Shown piece after piece: positions 30,872 to 45,260 of a stretch of 64,000 bases of DNA (position 1 is its first letter; each line of letters opens with the position of its first letter). The notes beneath the pieces were generated by a model. That model did not search any database. It had not been told where the DNA came from and saw only the letters and a list, made by a program, of their open reading frames with translations. The position numbers and the translations under genes are program-made. Source of the stretch: a bacterium (GTDB lineage Bacteria > UBA8248); NCBI GenBank assembly GCA_965207065.1, contig OZ242260.1, positions 3,072,001-3,136,000 of the forward strand, in the 5' to 3' direction.

Positions 30872-31306
30872 ATGCTCGATTTTCAAAAGGTTCTGATTAT
30901 GACTCGAAAATCGAATCAAGGAAATGTGTTTAAGCCTCCATTACAACTTATAGTTGTCTTCAGTATTTTGCTCTTGCTTCTTCCAGGCATGACGGGATGC
31001 GCCAAAACCAGGAGGCAAATGGGTAAATGGTGGGAGAGGAGCATTGCAGACCCAGTTAAAGGGTTTAAGGATCGTCAGCTAATCGTTACGTCGAATCCGC
31101 CACAGGCTGAAGTTTTCATCAATGATGTATACCAAGGTAAAACACCCTTACGCCTAAATTTCAAGGTGGGTATGTCAGATGTCTTTAAGGGTTTTACCGT
31201 ATCGGTTCAGAAAAAGGGATATTTGCCTGTAAGACGAACCATATCCTATCGGACCGAACGGGTGACATTCAGTTTGATCAAGAAAAAAAGAAAACAAGAC
31301 CAATGA
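30872..31306 (+). CDS. PEGA-domain lipoprotein
   Basis: Hydrophobic stretch plus MTGC lipobox-like site; VTSNPPQAEVFIND..GKTP; exact start uncertain. Confidence 0.75.
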   Translation: MLDFQKVLIMTRKSNQGNVFKPPLQLIVVFSILLLLLPGMTGCAKTRRQMGKWWERSIADPVKGFKDRQLIVTSNPPQAEVFINDVYQGKTPLRLNFKVGMSDVFKGFTVSVQKKGYLPVRRTISYRTERVTFSLIKKKRKQDQ

Positions 31307-31448
31307 CAAAGATAATCAGATTATAATGAATTTGAATTGACTTTTAAGGGCTGGATTGATAGATATCCTCTTCATTATGCCCGAAAGTTAGGGAAATGGT
31401 TGATTTTTTAAGACCAAAGCATATTTGAGCGTCAAGGAGATTTTTTGA

Positions 31449-31766
31449 ATGTACGCAGTAGTGGAAACCGGTGGCAAGCAAATGCGCATCGAAACGGGAG
31501 ATCAAATCCTGGTCGAGCGCTTGTCCGGTAATGTTGGAGAGAGTGTAGAGTTCGAGGATGTTCGGCTCATTGTAGATGGAGAAGAAGTTGTTGCTGATAA
31601 AGAGGTGTTGGGTAGTGCCAAAGTAAGAGCGGTGATTCGTGGACACGGACGAGGGAAAAAAGTCATCGCTTTTCGCTTCAAGCGCCGTAAAAAAGTTCGA
31701 ACCAAACGGGGGCACAGGCAGCCTTACACTCAAATTGAAGTGACTGACATCCTCGCATCTGGATGA
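31449..31766 (+). CDS. rplU: 50S ribosomal protein L21
   Basis: MYAVVETGGKQ and KRGHRQPYT motifs. Confidence 0.97.
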   Translation: MYAVVETGGKQMRIETGDQILVERLSGNVGESVEFEDVRLIVDGEEVVADKEVLGSAKVRAVIRGHGRGKKVIAFRFKRRKKVRTKRGHRQPYTQIEVTDILASG

Positions 31767-31778
31767 AAGGATTAGAAT

Positions 31779-34242
<2,464 letters not shown>

Positions 34243-34253
<11 letters not shown>

Positions 34254-34950
34254 CTGGAAGAACCAAGGAGAGCGATTGCGTATCGGGATTCTGGGAGGGA
34301 CATTTAACCCGATTCATTATGGGCACCTCCGCTCCGCCGAAGAGGTGCGTAAAGCGCTGATGCTTGATGAAATCAGGTTTGTTCCGTCTGCTTTACCTCC
34401 GCATAAGCCGCAAGATGATGTTGCCTCCGCGGCTGATAGACTTGATATGGTTCGGATTGCATTGGAAGGTTACCCCCCGTATGTATGTGATCCCGTTGAA
34501 ATAGAGCGGGGAGGGTCATCTTATACTCTTGATACCTTGAATGAACTGACGAGTAAGAAACTCGATAATGATCATCTGTTTTTTATCATTGGTGCGGATG
34601 CGTTTCTTGAGCTGGGTACATGGTACAAGCCAAAAGATGTGTTACACGCCGTCAATTTTGCTGTTACTTTGCGAGGAAACCAAAAAACTTCAGAGTATTT
34701 TCAAGCGCTTCTCCGCGTAATCCAAGAAATTGAACCAAAGTATTGCATGGTTGAGCCCATGAAAGAAGCTGAATTAATTGACCAAAAGCGAGTCATAAAA
34801 TTTATTCCGATTACTGAAGTTGATATTTCGGCAACCCGGATCAGGCAGTGCATAAAAGATTCATCTTCCATAGAGCATTTATTGCCACGCGAAGTCGAAC
34901 TATTTATAATTCGCCGCCGATTATATGGGCATTCGGGAAATCTGACCTGA
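34243..34950 (+). CDS. nadD: Nicotinate-nucleotide adenylyltransferase
   Basis: GGTFNPIHYGH, PPHK, IIGAD and ISATRIR motifs; start approximate. Confidence 0.93.
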
Positions 34951-34972
34951 AGATTGAGGAGGATCGAGACCC

Positions 34973-35329
34973 ATTAAGAAACTAGAGGATCGGCTTCATG
35001 CTCTTCAGGAGTCATTGGAAGCGAAGAAAGCGATGGATGTAGTGCTTTTAGACCTTAGGCCTTTATCTGTCGAGGTTGATGCATTTTTGATTTGTCATGG
35101 AACGAGCCTTCGGCATGTGAAAGCGCTTTGTGAAGCGGCAAGGGAAAAACTGAAGAAAATCGGTGATTCTGTATTTTTGACGGAAGGGTTAGAAGAGGGA
35201 AATTGGGTGTTGATGGATTGTGGCGATTTTCTTGTCCACATATTCAACGAAAAGAGTCGAGAATTTTATCGGCTGGAAGATTTATGGTCACACGCATCCG
35301 TCATCAAGCCAATGGCACCTAGCGCTTAA
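34973..35329 (+). CDS. rsfS: Ribosomal silencing factor (start either ATT 34973 or TTG 35015)
   Basis: KKAMDVVLLDL and WVLMDCGDFLVHIF..RE.YRLEDLW motifs; follows nadD. Confidence 0.9.
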   Translation: MKKLEDRLHALQESLEAKKAMDVVLLDLRPLSVEVDAFLICHGTSLRHVKALCEAAREKLKKIGDSVFLTEGLEEGNWVLMDCGDFLVHIFNEKSREFYRLEDLWSHASVIKPMAPSA

Positions 35330-35345
35330 GTCATCTGAATGAAAG

Positions 35346-35723
35346 TTGAGGTTCAAATTGAAGCATTTGACGAAAAAACAGTTGGAAGATTTAGAAGTAA
35401 GATTGAATGAAGTTCGCCGTGAAATATTGGGAGATGTGGAGAAAAGTAAGATACACACCAAAGAAATTGGTGATGATGGGACTCAAGATATTGCGGATAT
35501 GGCCGCCGACACATATTCTCGTCAGGTATTAATGGATTTAGGAGAAAGGGAGCGAGAACGTTTGCGAGAAGTTGAAGCGGCATTCCAGAGGATGGAAGAT
35601 GGACTTTATGGTATTTGTGAGGACTCGGATGAGCCGATTCCTTTTTCCCGCCTGGAAGCGATCCCTTATGCGCGTTATACAGTGGCGGCTCAGAACGCAA
35701 TTGAAAGGCGCGGCGGTAGTTAG
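35346..35723 (+). CDS. DksA/TraR-family transcription factor, single-Cys (zinc-independent-type)
   Basis: DIADMA coiled-coil tip; YGICEDS-x17-TVAA; RLEAIP. Confidence 0.85.
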   Translation: MRFKLKHLTKKQLEDLEVRLNEVRREILGDVEKSKIHTKEIGDDGTQDIADMAADTYSRQVLMDLGERERERLREVEAAFQRMEDGLYGICEDSDEPIPFSRLEAIPYARYTVAAQNAIERRGGS

Positions 35724-35744
35724 ATACCGGACGGTGAGTTACGA

Positions 35745-37016
35745 ATGAAAATTCGGACTCTCCTCATTTTGGCAGCTCCGGTTGCGGCTGCTGTCTATTT
35801 TCTGCACTTCAATCGAGAAATCATTGACCTGCGTCTCACCGAAGCCTGGTCTGTGCGAGTTCCATTAGCTCTTGTGGTAATCGGAGCGGCTCTCATTGGT
35901 TCGTTTTTGGCTTCTGTTCTTGGGTGGGGCGACGCTGCACTCGGTTGGATATCGCGTAAGAAGATCTCCAAGAAACAAAAACGTTTACATCGCGCCCAGG
36001 AGCGATTTACCAGGGCTCAAAGCCTCGGAATTCAAGGTAAAAGAAGGCGCGCTCGAAGAGAAGTCAAGCGTGCACTCAAGGACGATCCTTCTTTTATGCC
36101 AGCCTTGAGGCTAGCTGCCGATTTGGCGATAGATTCTGGAAACCCCAATGACGCTATTCAATGGAATGAACGCCTTCGTGCTGTGACGAACAACTCGCCT
36201 GATTCTATTATCCGATTGTCTGAGACTCTCGATCATTCCGGCCAGGCAAAAGAAGCTCTCGAGCTACTTGCGCGAAACAGTAGAGGGAGAGGCGCGAGCC
36301 CTCAGGTGTTGCGAAAACTCCGGGATATGTACCTGGAAAACGGCCGTCTCGAAGCTGCTGTCGAAATTTGCGAGAAACTCTCACAGACGGGAGTATCGGA
36401 TTTGGTTCGACAAGAAGATACCCTAATCGCTGGTCGCGCGTATCTGGCGATTGGTGAGGCGAAATTAAATGGTTCTGACCCAGAGACGGCCATTCCGTCT
36501 TTAGAACGGGCTCTACGCCATCTGGCCAACGAGAAAAACGCATATCTTTTGTTGGGTGATGCGCAGTTAGCAGCAGGTCGTGAACGACGAGCTCTACGTA
36601 CTTGGGAAAATGGCTATCAGACTTTGGGTGGTTTAGAGTTTCTACAAAGGCTAGCGTCATCAGTTGGGCCTTTGGAGTCACAGAGCGCGAAAAAAAAAGC
36701 TGCTGCAAATATTCAATCAGCAGGGAAGCGCAGGGAGAAGGATATATATCATAACGTGTTACATGCAGCGTTAATGCTCGAAACAGGTCAAATCGAGAAA
36801 GTCGAAAAAAGTTTGGAACAGGCATCTGCGAAGACCATGTCCATAGAGGGTGAGGATTCTTGGGTACGCCTGGCTCTTCATTTGATTGAAGCGCGATGTT
36901 TACAGGAAAAAGGCGAGAGGCTGGCAGCAGAAAATGAATTCAAAAAAACAGCGCAAGAGGCATCAAGAATTCTTTTGGGCAAATCAATTTCTGGAACGGA
37001 GTTGAAGCCATATTGA
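35745..37016 (+). CDS. Membrane-anchored TPR protein (LapA/LapB-like architecture)
   Basis: Two N-terminal hydrophobic helices followed by TPR-like helices. Confidence 0.7.
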   Translation: MKIRTLLILAAPVAAAVYFLHFNREIIDLRLTEAWSVRVPLALVVIGAALIGSFLASVLGWGDAALGWISRKKISKKQKRLHRAQERFTRAQSLGIQGKRRRARREVKRALKDDPSFMPALRLAADLAIDSGNPNDAIQWNERLRAVTNNSPDSIIRLSETLDHSGQAKEALELLARNSRGRGASPQVLRKLRDMYLENGRLEAAVEICEKLSQTGVSDLVRQEDTLIAGRAYLAIGEAKLNGSDPETAIPSLERALRHLANEKNAYLLLGDAQLAAGRERRALRTWENGYQTLGGLEFLQRLASSVGPLESQSAKKKAAANIQSAGKRREKDIYHNVLHAALMLETGQIEKVEKSLEQASAKTMSIEGEDSWVRLALHLIEARCLQEKGERLAAENEFKKTAQEASRILLGKSISGTELKPY

Positions 37017-37219
37017 TGCGTTTCGCAGAATATTGTTGTGATTGCACGAGCAAAATGATTGGTATTGATGGTAATGGCTGCAACTTAGGTTCTCTTTTTT
37101 GCAGGATTTCAAAGATTTTGGAATGGCAATGTAAATGCGTGATACCTTGACTTATGGTTTGCTACAGCCTAGTTTGGAAAGGTTGTATCCTTCCAACGCA
37201 TATCGCCCGGAGAATCCCG

Positions 37220-37678
37220 ATGAATCAAATCGCTCTTGCAGCTGATCATGGAGGATACGAACTCAAAGAGGCGGTCAAACAACTGCTCGATGAGAGAGCG
37301 ATTACGTACCGTGATTTTGGGACGAACTCGGATGAATCTTGCGATTACCCGGATTATGCGGTGCCGGCCGCGCGTTCGGTGAGCGAAGGTATATCCGAGC
37401 GGGGAATTTTCTGTTGTGGATCGGCCGCTGGTATGGTTATCGTGGCGAATAAATTTCCGGGTGTTCGCGCCGTTGCCTGTCAAAATGAATGGGCTGCTCG
37501 TATGAGCCGCTTGCACAACGATGCCAATATTTTGGCTATGGGTGGCCGGGTGGTAAGCCTCGAGGAGGCGAAAAGAATTGTAACTATTTGGCTGGAAACA
37601 GAGTTTGAAGGCGGGCGGCACGCCCGTCGTTTGGATAAGATTACCGATATAGAAGATGCGCCCCAACCAGCATCTTGA
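37220..37678 (+). CDS. rpiB: Ribose-5-phosphate isomerase B
   Basis: IALAADHGG, DYPD, ANKFPGVRA, HNDANIL and FEGGRHARR motifs. Confidence 0.93.
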   Translation: MNQIALAADHGGYELKEAVKQLLDERAITYRDFGTNSDESCDYPDYAVPAARSVSEGISERGIFCCGSAAGMVIVANKFPGVRAVACQNEWAARMSRLHNDANILAMGGRVVSLEEAKRIVTIWLETEFEGGRHARRLDKITDIEDAPQPAS

Positions 37679-37705
37679 TAATCCTACTGCCCGGACTAAA
37701 TTCTT

Positions 37706-38170
37706 ATGAAATGTCCGATTTGTAGTCACTCTGAAAGCAAGGTGGTCGACAGCCGGACGACCAAGGTAGGAAATGCGATTCGCAGAAGACGGGAATGCGA
37801 GAAATGCGCACACCGTTTTACGACTTACGAAAGGGCGGAAGTTTCTTGGCCGCTCATCGTTAAGAAAGATGGCACACGCGTTAATTACCTCCGTGACAAA
37901 ATCAGCATAGGTATCGAGAAGGCGCTGGAGAAGAGACCTGTATCCGCTGAAGATCAAGAGGCGATTGTCGACCGGGTTGAGCGCTATATTCTTGATAGTG
38001 GCGAGAAAGAGATTTCGACAGAAGCGATAGGTGCAAAACTGATGGACGAGTTGAGGGAAGTGGATGAAGTCGCCTATGTACGTTTCGCATCGGTCTATCG
38101 CTCATTTGGAACCCTCAAAGATTTCGAAGCTGAATTGGAAAAATTGGAAGAACGCAGCAATAGGGAATAA
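37706..38170 (+). CDS. nrdR: Transcriptional repressor NrdR
   Basis: MKCPIC..VVDSR, IRRRRECEKC..RFTTYE and VAYVRFASVY motifs. Confidence 0.97.
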   Translation: MKCPICSHSESKVVDSRTTKVGNAIRRRRECEKCAHRFTTYERAEVSWPLIVKKDGTRVNYLRDKISIGIEKALEKRPVSAEDQEAIVDRVERYILDSGEKEISTEAIGAKLMDELREVDEVAYVRFASVYRSFGTLKDFEAELEKLEERSNRE

Positions 38171-38273
38171 AGAATCATTTATTTCAACAAACTATTTTGG
38201 TCCGCTCTACCACGGTCCTGCCAGATGAATACCAAGTCATGTACGTTGTATGGATTCTTCCATCGGTGCAGCT

Positions 38274-39485
38274 TCATTCACTGATGGTTTCACCCGCGGG
38301 GTCAGCACCCCTGTGGGAAGCGCCGGATGCCAGCAAACTCTCGATTTCTTCATCTTGAAACCCATGTTCCATTAGTATTTCAACTGAATGTTCTCCCAAT
38401 CGGGGTGGCGGGAGAGAGTCTCTTATAGGCAGGTTAGAGAATTTTGGCGCCGGCCGCGTGCCGGGATAAGTACCTATGACAGGATGTTGATAATCCCTAA
38501 CGAGTCCACTTGATTGTACCTGTGTGTGTCCGAAGCTTTCGTGCATATTTAGTGCTGGACTCACGCATACATCTGCGCCATCAAAATGCGCAATCCACTC
38601 CTCGAGTGTCTTCGATTGAAATGTATTATTGAGTGTTTGAATCACTTCCAGTCGGCGCTCGCCTCTGGCTCCATAATCGTCATAAAAATCTTCGTGCCCG
38701 ATAAGTTTGCACAAATTCACCCAAAATTTCGGCTCCGAGCACGCGACGGAAAGCATCCGACCGTCTTTGGTTGGGTAGAGACGATAACATGGCCTCCGGC
38801 CATTATGTCGCATTTCTTCACGCCCTGGACTCTGGCCCGTCGAGAGATATGTTTGTCCATGAATGGATAGAAAACTCATCACGGCATCAAGCATCGACAT
38901 GTCGATAAATTGTCCAACGCCCGTCCGCTCAGAGAGGCGCAATGCTGCAAGTATGGCGAAAGCCGCCCACATTCCGGCGCCCACATCCCCGATGAGTACT
39001 CCGGGTACATACGGAGGACTCCCAGCGGCGCCAGTGAGTTCTACGACGCCTCCCAGGGCCTGGAAGTTCAAATCGTGTCCCGGGGCTCGAGCCAGCGGGC
39101 CATCTTGTCCATATCCCGTGATAGAGCAATGGACGAGGGCTGGGTTTTCTTTTTTGAGTCTTTGATAGCCAATGCCAAGGCGCTCCATCACCCCGGGCCT
39201 AAAGCTATCGACGAGCACGTCTGTATTTTTCACCAAATCAAGAAGAACGGATACACCGTCTTGATTTTTAAGGTCCAGAGCCAAGGAGCGTTTGTTACGG
39301 TTGTAACAGAGGTGAAGAGGAGAAACGCCATGTTCATCGAAAGGAGATGCGAGGCGGATATAATCACCACGCATCGGTTCTTCTACTTTGATGACATCCG
39401 CTCCCATATCGGCGAGCATCAAAGTGCATTGCCCGCCGGGAAGCAGGCGGCTTAAGTCTAGAACACGTACATCAGTTAGCGGCAT
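38274..39485 (-). CDS. CaiB/BaiF family III CoA-transferase (AMACR-like)
   Basis: VLDLSRLLPG, NRNKRS, FRPGVMERLG and GHDLNF motifs. Confidence 0.92.
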   Translation of the reverse strand: MPLTDVRVLDLSRLLPGGQCTLMLADMGADVIKVEEPMRGDYIRLASPFDEHGVSPLHLCYNRNKRSLALDLKNQDGVSVLLDLVKNTDVLVDSFRPGVMERLGIGYQRLKKENPALVHCSITGYGQDGPLARAPGHDLNFQALGGVVELTGAAGSPPYVPGVLIGDVGAGMWAAFAILAALRLSERTGVGQFIDMSMLDAVMSFLSIHGQTYLSTGQSPGREEMRHNGRRPCYRLYPTKDGRMLSVACSEPKFWVNLCKLIGHEDFYDDYGARGERRLEVIQTLNNTFQSKTLEEWIAHFDGADVCVSPALNMHESFGHTQVQSSGLVRDYQHPVIGTYPGTRPAPKFSNLPIRDSLPPPRLGEHSVEILMEHGFQDEEIESLLASGASHRGADPAGETISE

Positions 39486-39663
39486 CCCTCAATATTCCTT
39501 TTGATTATTGGAAGTTAGTAGAGTTTCCAATCCGATATCATTCGACGTTTTAAAGATCAAATTGAGTGAGAGCGCAAAAGTTCTTTTTTTAACCTTTTAT
39601 CCTTTCGCAAAGATGGGCTACTCTAACCGACTCTGCAGGACAGGGCGATTGGAATGGTTTTGA

Positions 39664-40974
<1,311 letters not shown>

Positions 40975-41064
40975 AGTGCCTTGCAACATTCTGTATTATT
41001 AAGCTTTAGGGATTACAGTGCATCATGTAGTTCGAATCGAATTCCAGATTGAATCGATAAGATT

Positions 41065-42420
41065 TTACTTCGACAGATAGATATGCACCAGGCCGGATTG
41101 ATCGACAAAAGCGATGTCGTCTTTCGTATCTTGGTTGAAATCTGCAGCGAGTATGTTGGAGCGAACGGGTGAGGGAATAGGCCGCGACCATCTAAAAGAC
41201 CAGCGATTTCCGAATAGTGCGAGCCCGCTCAAATGCTGCCGACTGGCTTCTTGCGCTACGACTTCCACAACGCCTCTTCTCCTCAGTAATGTGAATTCCC
41301 AAAGGTTTCGAGAACCAACCGAATGTGTAGTGACACCAGCGATTCGGGCTCGCTCGCGGAGTCGCTTGCCGCTAAGCCGCAACGCCAGTAAAAAACCTGA
41401 CAGGTGGGGAGTTTCAACGGCCAGAATTTTCGGAGCGTTGCCATCTATGTAAAATACGCCCAAAAGATGCGACCAGCGATTTCCGGTCCCGATTGCGCTG
41501 CTTCGTGCTTTCAGCGTGAATTTCCCCTCCTTCATTCCCAAAACGAGATGAGCTGCCCCACTGTCGGAATCACTCTGAGTGACTAGAATTTCCTGTTTCC
41601 CATCCTTGTCCAAGTCAGAGGTAAGGGTGCCAATTGTTTCGAAAACACCACTCTTGGTGGCGCTGTATTTGGCCATGAATTTTAGAGATTTATTGTTGAA
41701 TCGATATGCGTGAATTTCCGTAGGTTCGATGTCATCGCCGAGGACGGCGTGCTTGTAACGTCTGGATGGTACAGCAGGTACGATGAGTTCTTTTCTTCCA
41801 TCTCCATCCAGATCAGCTGTAGTTAGAATAGCATCTGGTAATACTCTTGCAATTTTCGCTTCAATGAGTTGAGTTTGGAGCCATCTGCCCTCTTTTTTTT
41901 TGAATAAAAGTAAGGAGCCATCTACTCCGACCATTGCTACATCATCACTGTCCAAAACAACCGGTTTCGATAGAATTGAAGGGCGAATGCTAGGCCAGAC
42001 GAACAACCAACGCCGTTCTATAGTGTCGACATTGATGAACATTCCACTTTTACCTGCGCCGACAAAGCTCCCGTCGGGCAATTGCGTGGGTGGGACATTT
42101 GCAGCCAGGTCGGAGGGTGTGGGGTGGTCTTGTACATGCGCCCGAAATTGGCCGCCTGATTTTTTAAAGGTGATGGGATGAAAATCGCCATCCATTGTAA
42201 AGGCCAGGAGGAGAGGATTTGCTTTTGAGGAACCTTTTTTGGCTGGTGCTGTCAATAACCACTTCGTTCTGCTCGATACCATTGCGGTGAGTGTCTGGTG
42301 TGTGTCTAGGGTTGTTTCGCCATGTATGTAGTTTTGATATGGGTAAAATGTGAAGGTGCAGACTAGAGCAACCAGAAATGTAAACTTCTTTATCGAAATT
42401 CTCAACATCACATTGTGCAT
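41065..42420 (-). CDS. Secreted FG-GAP/VCBS-repeat beta-propeller protein
   Basis: Signal-like N-terminus; DLDGDGRKEL, DLDKDGKQEI and DFNQDTKDD repeats. Confidence 0.8.
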   Translation of the reverse strand: MHNVMLRISIKKFTFLVALVCTFTFYPYQNYIHGETTLDTHQTLTAMVSSRTKWLLTAPAKKGSSKANPLLLAFTMDGDFHPITFKKSGGQFRAHVQDHPTPSDLAANVPPTQLPDGSFVGAGKSGMFINVDTIERRWLFVWPSIRPSILSKPVVLDSDDVAMVGVDGSLLLFKKKEGRWLQTQLIEAKIARVLPDAILTTADLDGDGRKELIVPAVPSRRYKHAVLGDDIEPTEIHAYRFNNKSLKFMAKYSATKSGVFETIGTLTSDLDKDGKQEILVTQSDSDSGAAHLVLGMKEGKFTLKARSSAIGTGNRWSHLLGVFYIDGNAPKILAVETPHLSGFLLALRLSGKRLRERARIAGVTTHSVGSRNLWEFTLLRRRGVVEVVAQEASRQHLSGLALFGNRWSFRWSRPIPSPVRSNILAADFNQDTKDDIAFVDQSGLVHIYLSK

Positions 42421-42425
42421 GGTTT

Positions 42426-43190
42426 CTACCCTGCTGTTACGCCCCCATCAGAAAGCACAATCGAGCCATTCATGAATTCATTTCCAGGAGAGACCAGAAA
42501 CAGAGCGGTGACCGCCATATTTTCGACCGTTCCGAGTTGATGAAGTGGTATGCCCTCCAGCCTGGACTTAAGATATTCAGGTTTTGCATCGAGCCTCGCT
42601 TTAACGCGCGGGCTTGCAACCAGGCCTGGCGCAAGGCAGTTCACGCGAATTCCCAGAGGCCCTAATTCCAGGGCCAAGCATTTCGTAAGGTGGTGAAGCA
42701 CAGATTTGGTCACTGAATAGAGGCTCGTATCGGCTCGGCCCCGATGGCCTGCCGATGAGCCAATCATCAGGATACAGCCGCTTCTTTGAGGAATCATCAC
42801 CTTGGCCGCTTCGCGGGATGCAATATAGGCGGCTTTTGCATTGACTTCGAATAAGAGGTCGACTTCATCATCCGTTATTTCGACAATGGGTTTGAAGGCA
42901 CGTGTTCCCGCGCAAATGACCAAAATATCAAGACCGCCCAGAAAGTCGACGCCATCATGAATCAGTTGAGACGTACGCTGCGCTATAGATAAATCATAAC
43001 ATTTTCCACCGGCGTTTACGCCATAGTTTTTACACGCATCAATGGTGTTTTGCAGTCCTTGCAGGTCGCTGCCTCCTGCGCCCCATATATGCGCCCCTTC
43101 TTCGGCGTATTTATGGGCGATAGCGGCTCCAATGCCAGTTGATGATCCTGTGATAATGACACGCTTATCCGCCAATAGTTTCGTAGACAT
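42426..43190 (-). CDS. Short-chain dehydrogenase/reductase
   Basis: TGSSTGIG, YSVTK and RVNCLAPG motifs. Confidence 0.9.
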   Translation of the reverse strand: MSTKLLADKRVIITGSSTGIGAAIAHKYAEEGAHIWGAGGSDLQGLQNTIDACKNYGVNAGGKCYDLSIAQRTSQLIHDGVDFLGGLDILVICAGTRAFKPIVEITDDEVDLLFEVNAKAAYIASREAAKVMIPQRSGCILMIGSSAGHRGRADTSLYSVTKSVLHHLTKCLALELGPLGIRVNCLAPGLVASPRVKARLDAKPEYLKSRLEGIPLHQLGTVENMAVTALFLVSPGNEFMNGSIVLSDGGVTAG

Positions 43191-43490
43191 GGATTATCCT
43201 TATACGATGAAGAAAAAACTACGGGTGATGATTATCGAATAGATTGTGATGATGGTAAATACTTTCGATGGTACATGGAGTTAAATTATAGCATGGATAC
43301 GAGCGTCTCGCGGTTGGAATTCGAAGGGGATTGTTCGGGGGTTTTTCTGATTGCTGGTGATTTAACGTAAAACTGAATCCATAAAATATTGAAAAAGATA
43401 CTTTATCTTATTACCCATATGAATTGCTTGGAAGTGCAATAGTGATATCAGGGTTCGATGAATATTTTTGGAATCAGGGTTGTTTGACAT

Positions 43491-43934
43491 ATGAAAGGAA
43501 AGAAAATGAACAAAAAAGTAGAGCATCTCCATTGGCCGGATGCACCTGATCTGTGGATGCCTTATGCGCCGGTTATCAAAGTAACTGGGGGTAGCCTTGT
43601 ATTTCTGGCCGGAGTAACCGCTGCACCCGTATATCATCATCATCCGCATCGACCGGAAGAATTTGACGCCATGCCTCGAGATATGGAGAGGCAGGCACGG
43701 GCGGCTCTAGAGAATTTGAAAAAAAGTCTAGAAGCAGTGGACGCCGATTTTAGCGATGTCGTTTCCGCCAACCGATTCGTAACTGACTTGGCAGACCAAG
43801 ATTCTCTGAATAAGGTTTGGGCGGAATATTTTGGGGAAAACAAACCAACCACCACGACTGTTCAGGTGGTTCAACTGGCTACAGATCCGCGTTGTCTCAT
43901 CGAGGTGAATGCCTTGGTCGTAGTCGATTCATGA
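43491..43934 (+). CDS. Rid (RidA/YjgF/UK114) family protein
   Basis: VFLAG, QARAALENL, VWAEYFG..KP and IEVNA motifs; start may be 43506. Confidence 0.88.
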   Translation: MKGKKMNKKVEHLHWPDAPDLWMPYAPVIKVTGGSLVFLAGVTAAPVYHHHPHRPEEFDAMPRDMERQARAALENLKKSLEAVDADFSDVVSANRFVTDLADQDSLNKVWAEYFGENKPTTTTVQVVQLATDPRCLIEVNALVVVDS

Positions 43935-44075
43935 TGAGAGATCTGAACCCATAACTCATACTTGGAAGATAACTTGGGCGAAAGCAGGAGATTTTGGCTC
44001 TTGTCAGAGCGAGTCACCCTTTGCTAGCATTAATTTATACAAGAGTATGCGCCCTATTTCCCCACCGAGATTTAG

Positions 44076-45260
44076 ATGTCGATTATACGTCGCTTAAGTA
44101 ATCCAGGAGCCCGAATTAAAGCTTTGGAAGGACGCTTGCAACAATATCCCTCCTCGGCTGCTTTTTTCCCTTTGGCGTCTCTATTGTGGGAGAAAGGCGA
44201 AGCAGACCAAGCCGAAAATCTCCTGAAAAGTGGACTTTCTACTTATCCTAACTACGCAGCCGCGGGTGTTCTGCTTGGAGAAATACTCATCTCGAAAGAT
44301 GACCACGAACAGGCAGCCCGCTTTATCGCAAAAGCGCTGGAAATAGCACCATGGAATATTTCGGGTCAGCGTCTTTTGGCTGAATGTTATCAGAAAGAGG
44401 GCGATGGGGAGGCCGAGCAAATCGCGCTTAAAGCAGCCAATATGTTCGAGGCCGATAAAGCAGTTTCCCAAGATGTGGTGGCCGATAGCAATGTTGATAA
44501 AGCTTCAGTTGTTGATCCTGAGGATGAATTGGGTGAAGTGGTCACGCCGGCTCTTGCTGAACTTTATCAGGCTCAGGGGCATCTGGATAATGCCCGGGAT
44601 GTCTACGAACGTCTTTTAGAGTCAGATCCTGCTAATATCCAATGGAATGAGAGATTAGCTGCTATTCGTAAGGAACTATCGCAGCACGAGGATGTTGATA
44701 CACCCACGGGATACCCCGGAACGGAAGCAAATCTCGATTTGATAGCAGGTGAAGTTAAATGCGAAGCAGAATTACCCGATGAGGCAAAGTCGGGTGCTGT
44801 TACGCCTGATGAAATCGAACAAGATGAAGTTGGTGCCGAAACATCGTCAGCCGAATCTCAAGAATCAAGCGAGGACTTAAGCCCGACGGGTATAGCATCG
44901 GAAGTCGATGTGGAGGGACCGGAGTACAGAGTCAGCCCAGAAGATGATGTTGTTAGCGAAGAAGCTGTCGACCCTATTTTGCAAAAAATGATAGAACTTT
45001 ATATCCAAGAGGAAAACGACTCCCAGGCACTGGATTTGTGTCGAAAGGCGCAATTCCTGGGAGAAAACACCCCATGGATATTGGAAAAAAAATCGACGCT
45101 TGAGCAAAAAGTGGAAGAATCAACTGCGTCGCTGTTGCGTAATATGGTGGAGGAAGATAAAGACCGGTCGACACCGATTCTCTCTCTCGCTGACAAAAAA
45201 GTTGTGGAAACCTTGGAATGCTGGCTCGAAACGCTGCATCGGCGCAGAGCTAATGTATAA
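44076..45260 (+). CDS. TPR protein with acidic linker
   Basis: TPR helices, VTPALAELYQAQGH motif, C-terminal LECWLETL. Confidence 0.75.
   Translation: MSIIRRLSNPGARIKALEGRLQQYPSSAAFFPLASLLWEKGEADQAENLLKSGLSTYPNYAAAGVLLGEILISKDDHEQAARFIAKALEIAPWNISGQRLLAECYQKEGDGEAEQIALKAANMFEADKAVSQDVVADSNVDKASVVDPEDELGEVVTPALAELYQAQGHLDNARDVYERLLESDPANIQWNERLAAIRKELSQHEDVDTPTGYPGTEANLDLIAGEVKCEAELPDEAKSGAVTPDEIEQDEVGAETSSAESQESSEDLSPTGIASEVDVEGPEYRVSPEDDVVSEEAVDPILQKMIELYIQEENDSQALDLCRKAQFLGENTPWILEKKSTLEQKVEESTASLLRNMVEEDKDRSTPILSLADKKVVETLECWLETLHRRRANV

Noticed and set aside
43360-43387. dif-like half site ATTTAACGTAA (also ATTTAACATAC at 10018)
   Set aside because: No matching XerC arm at 6-bp spacing in either case
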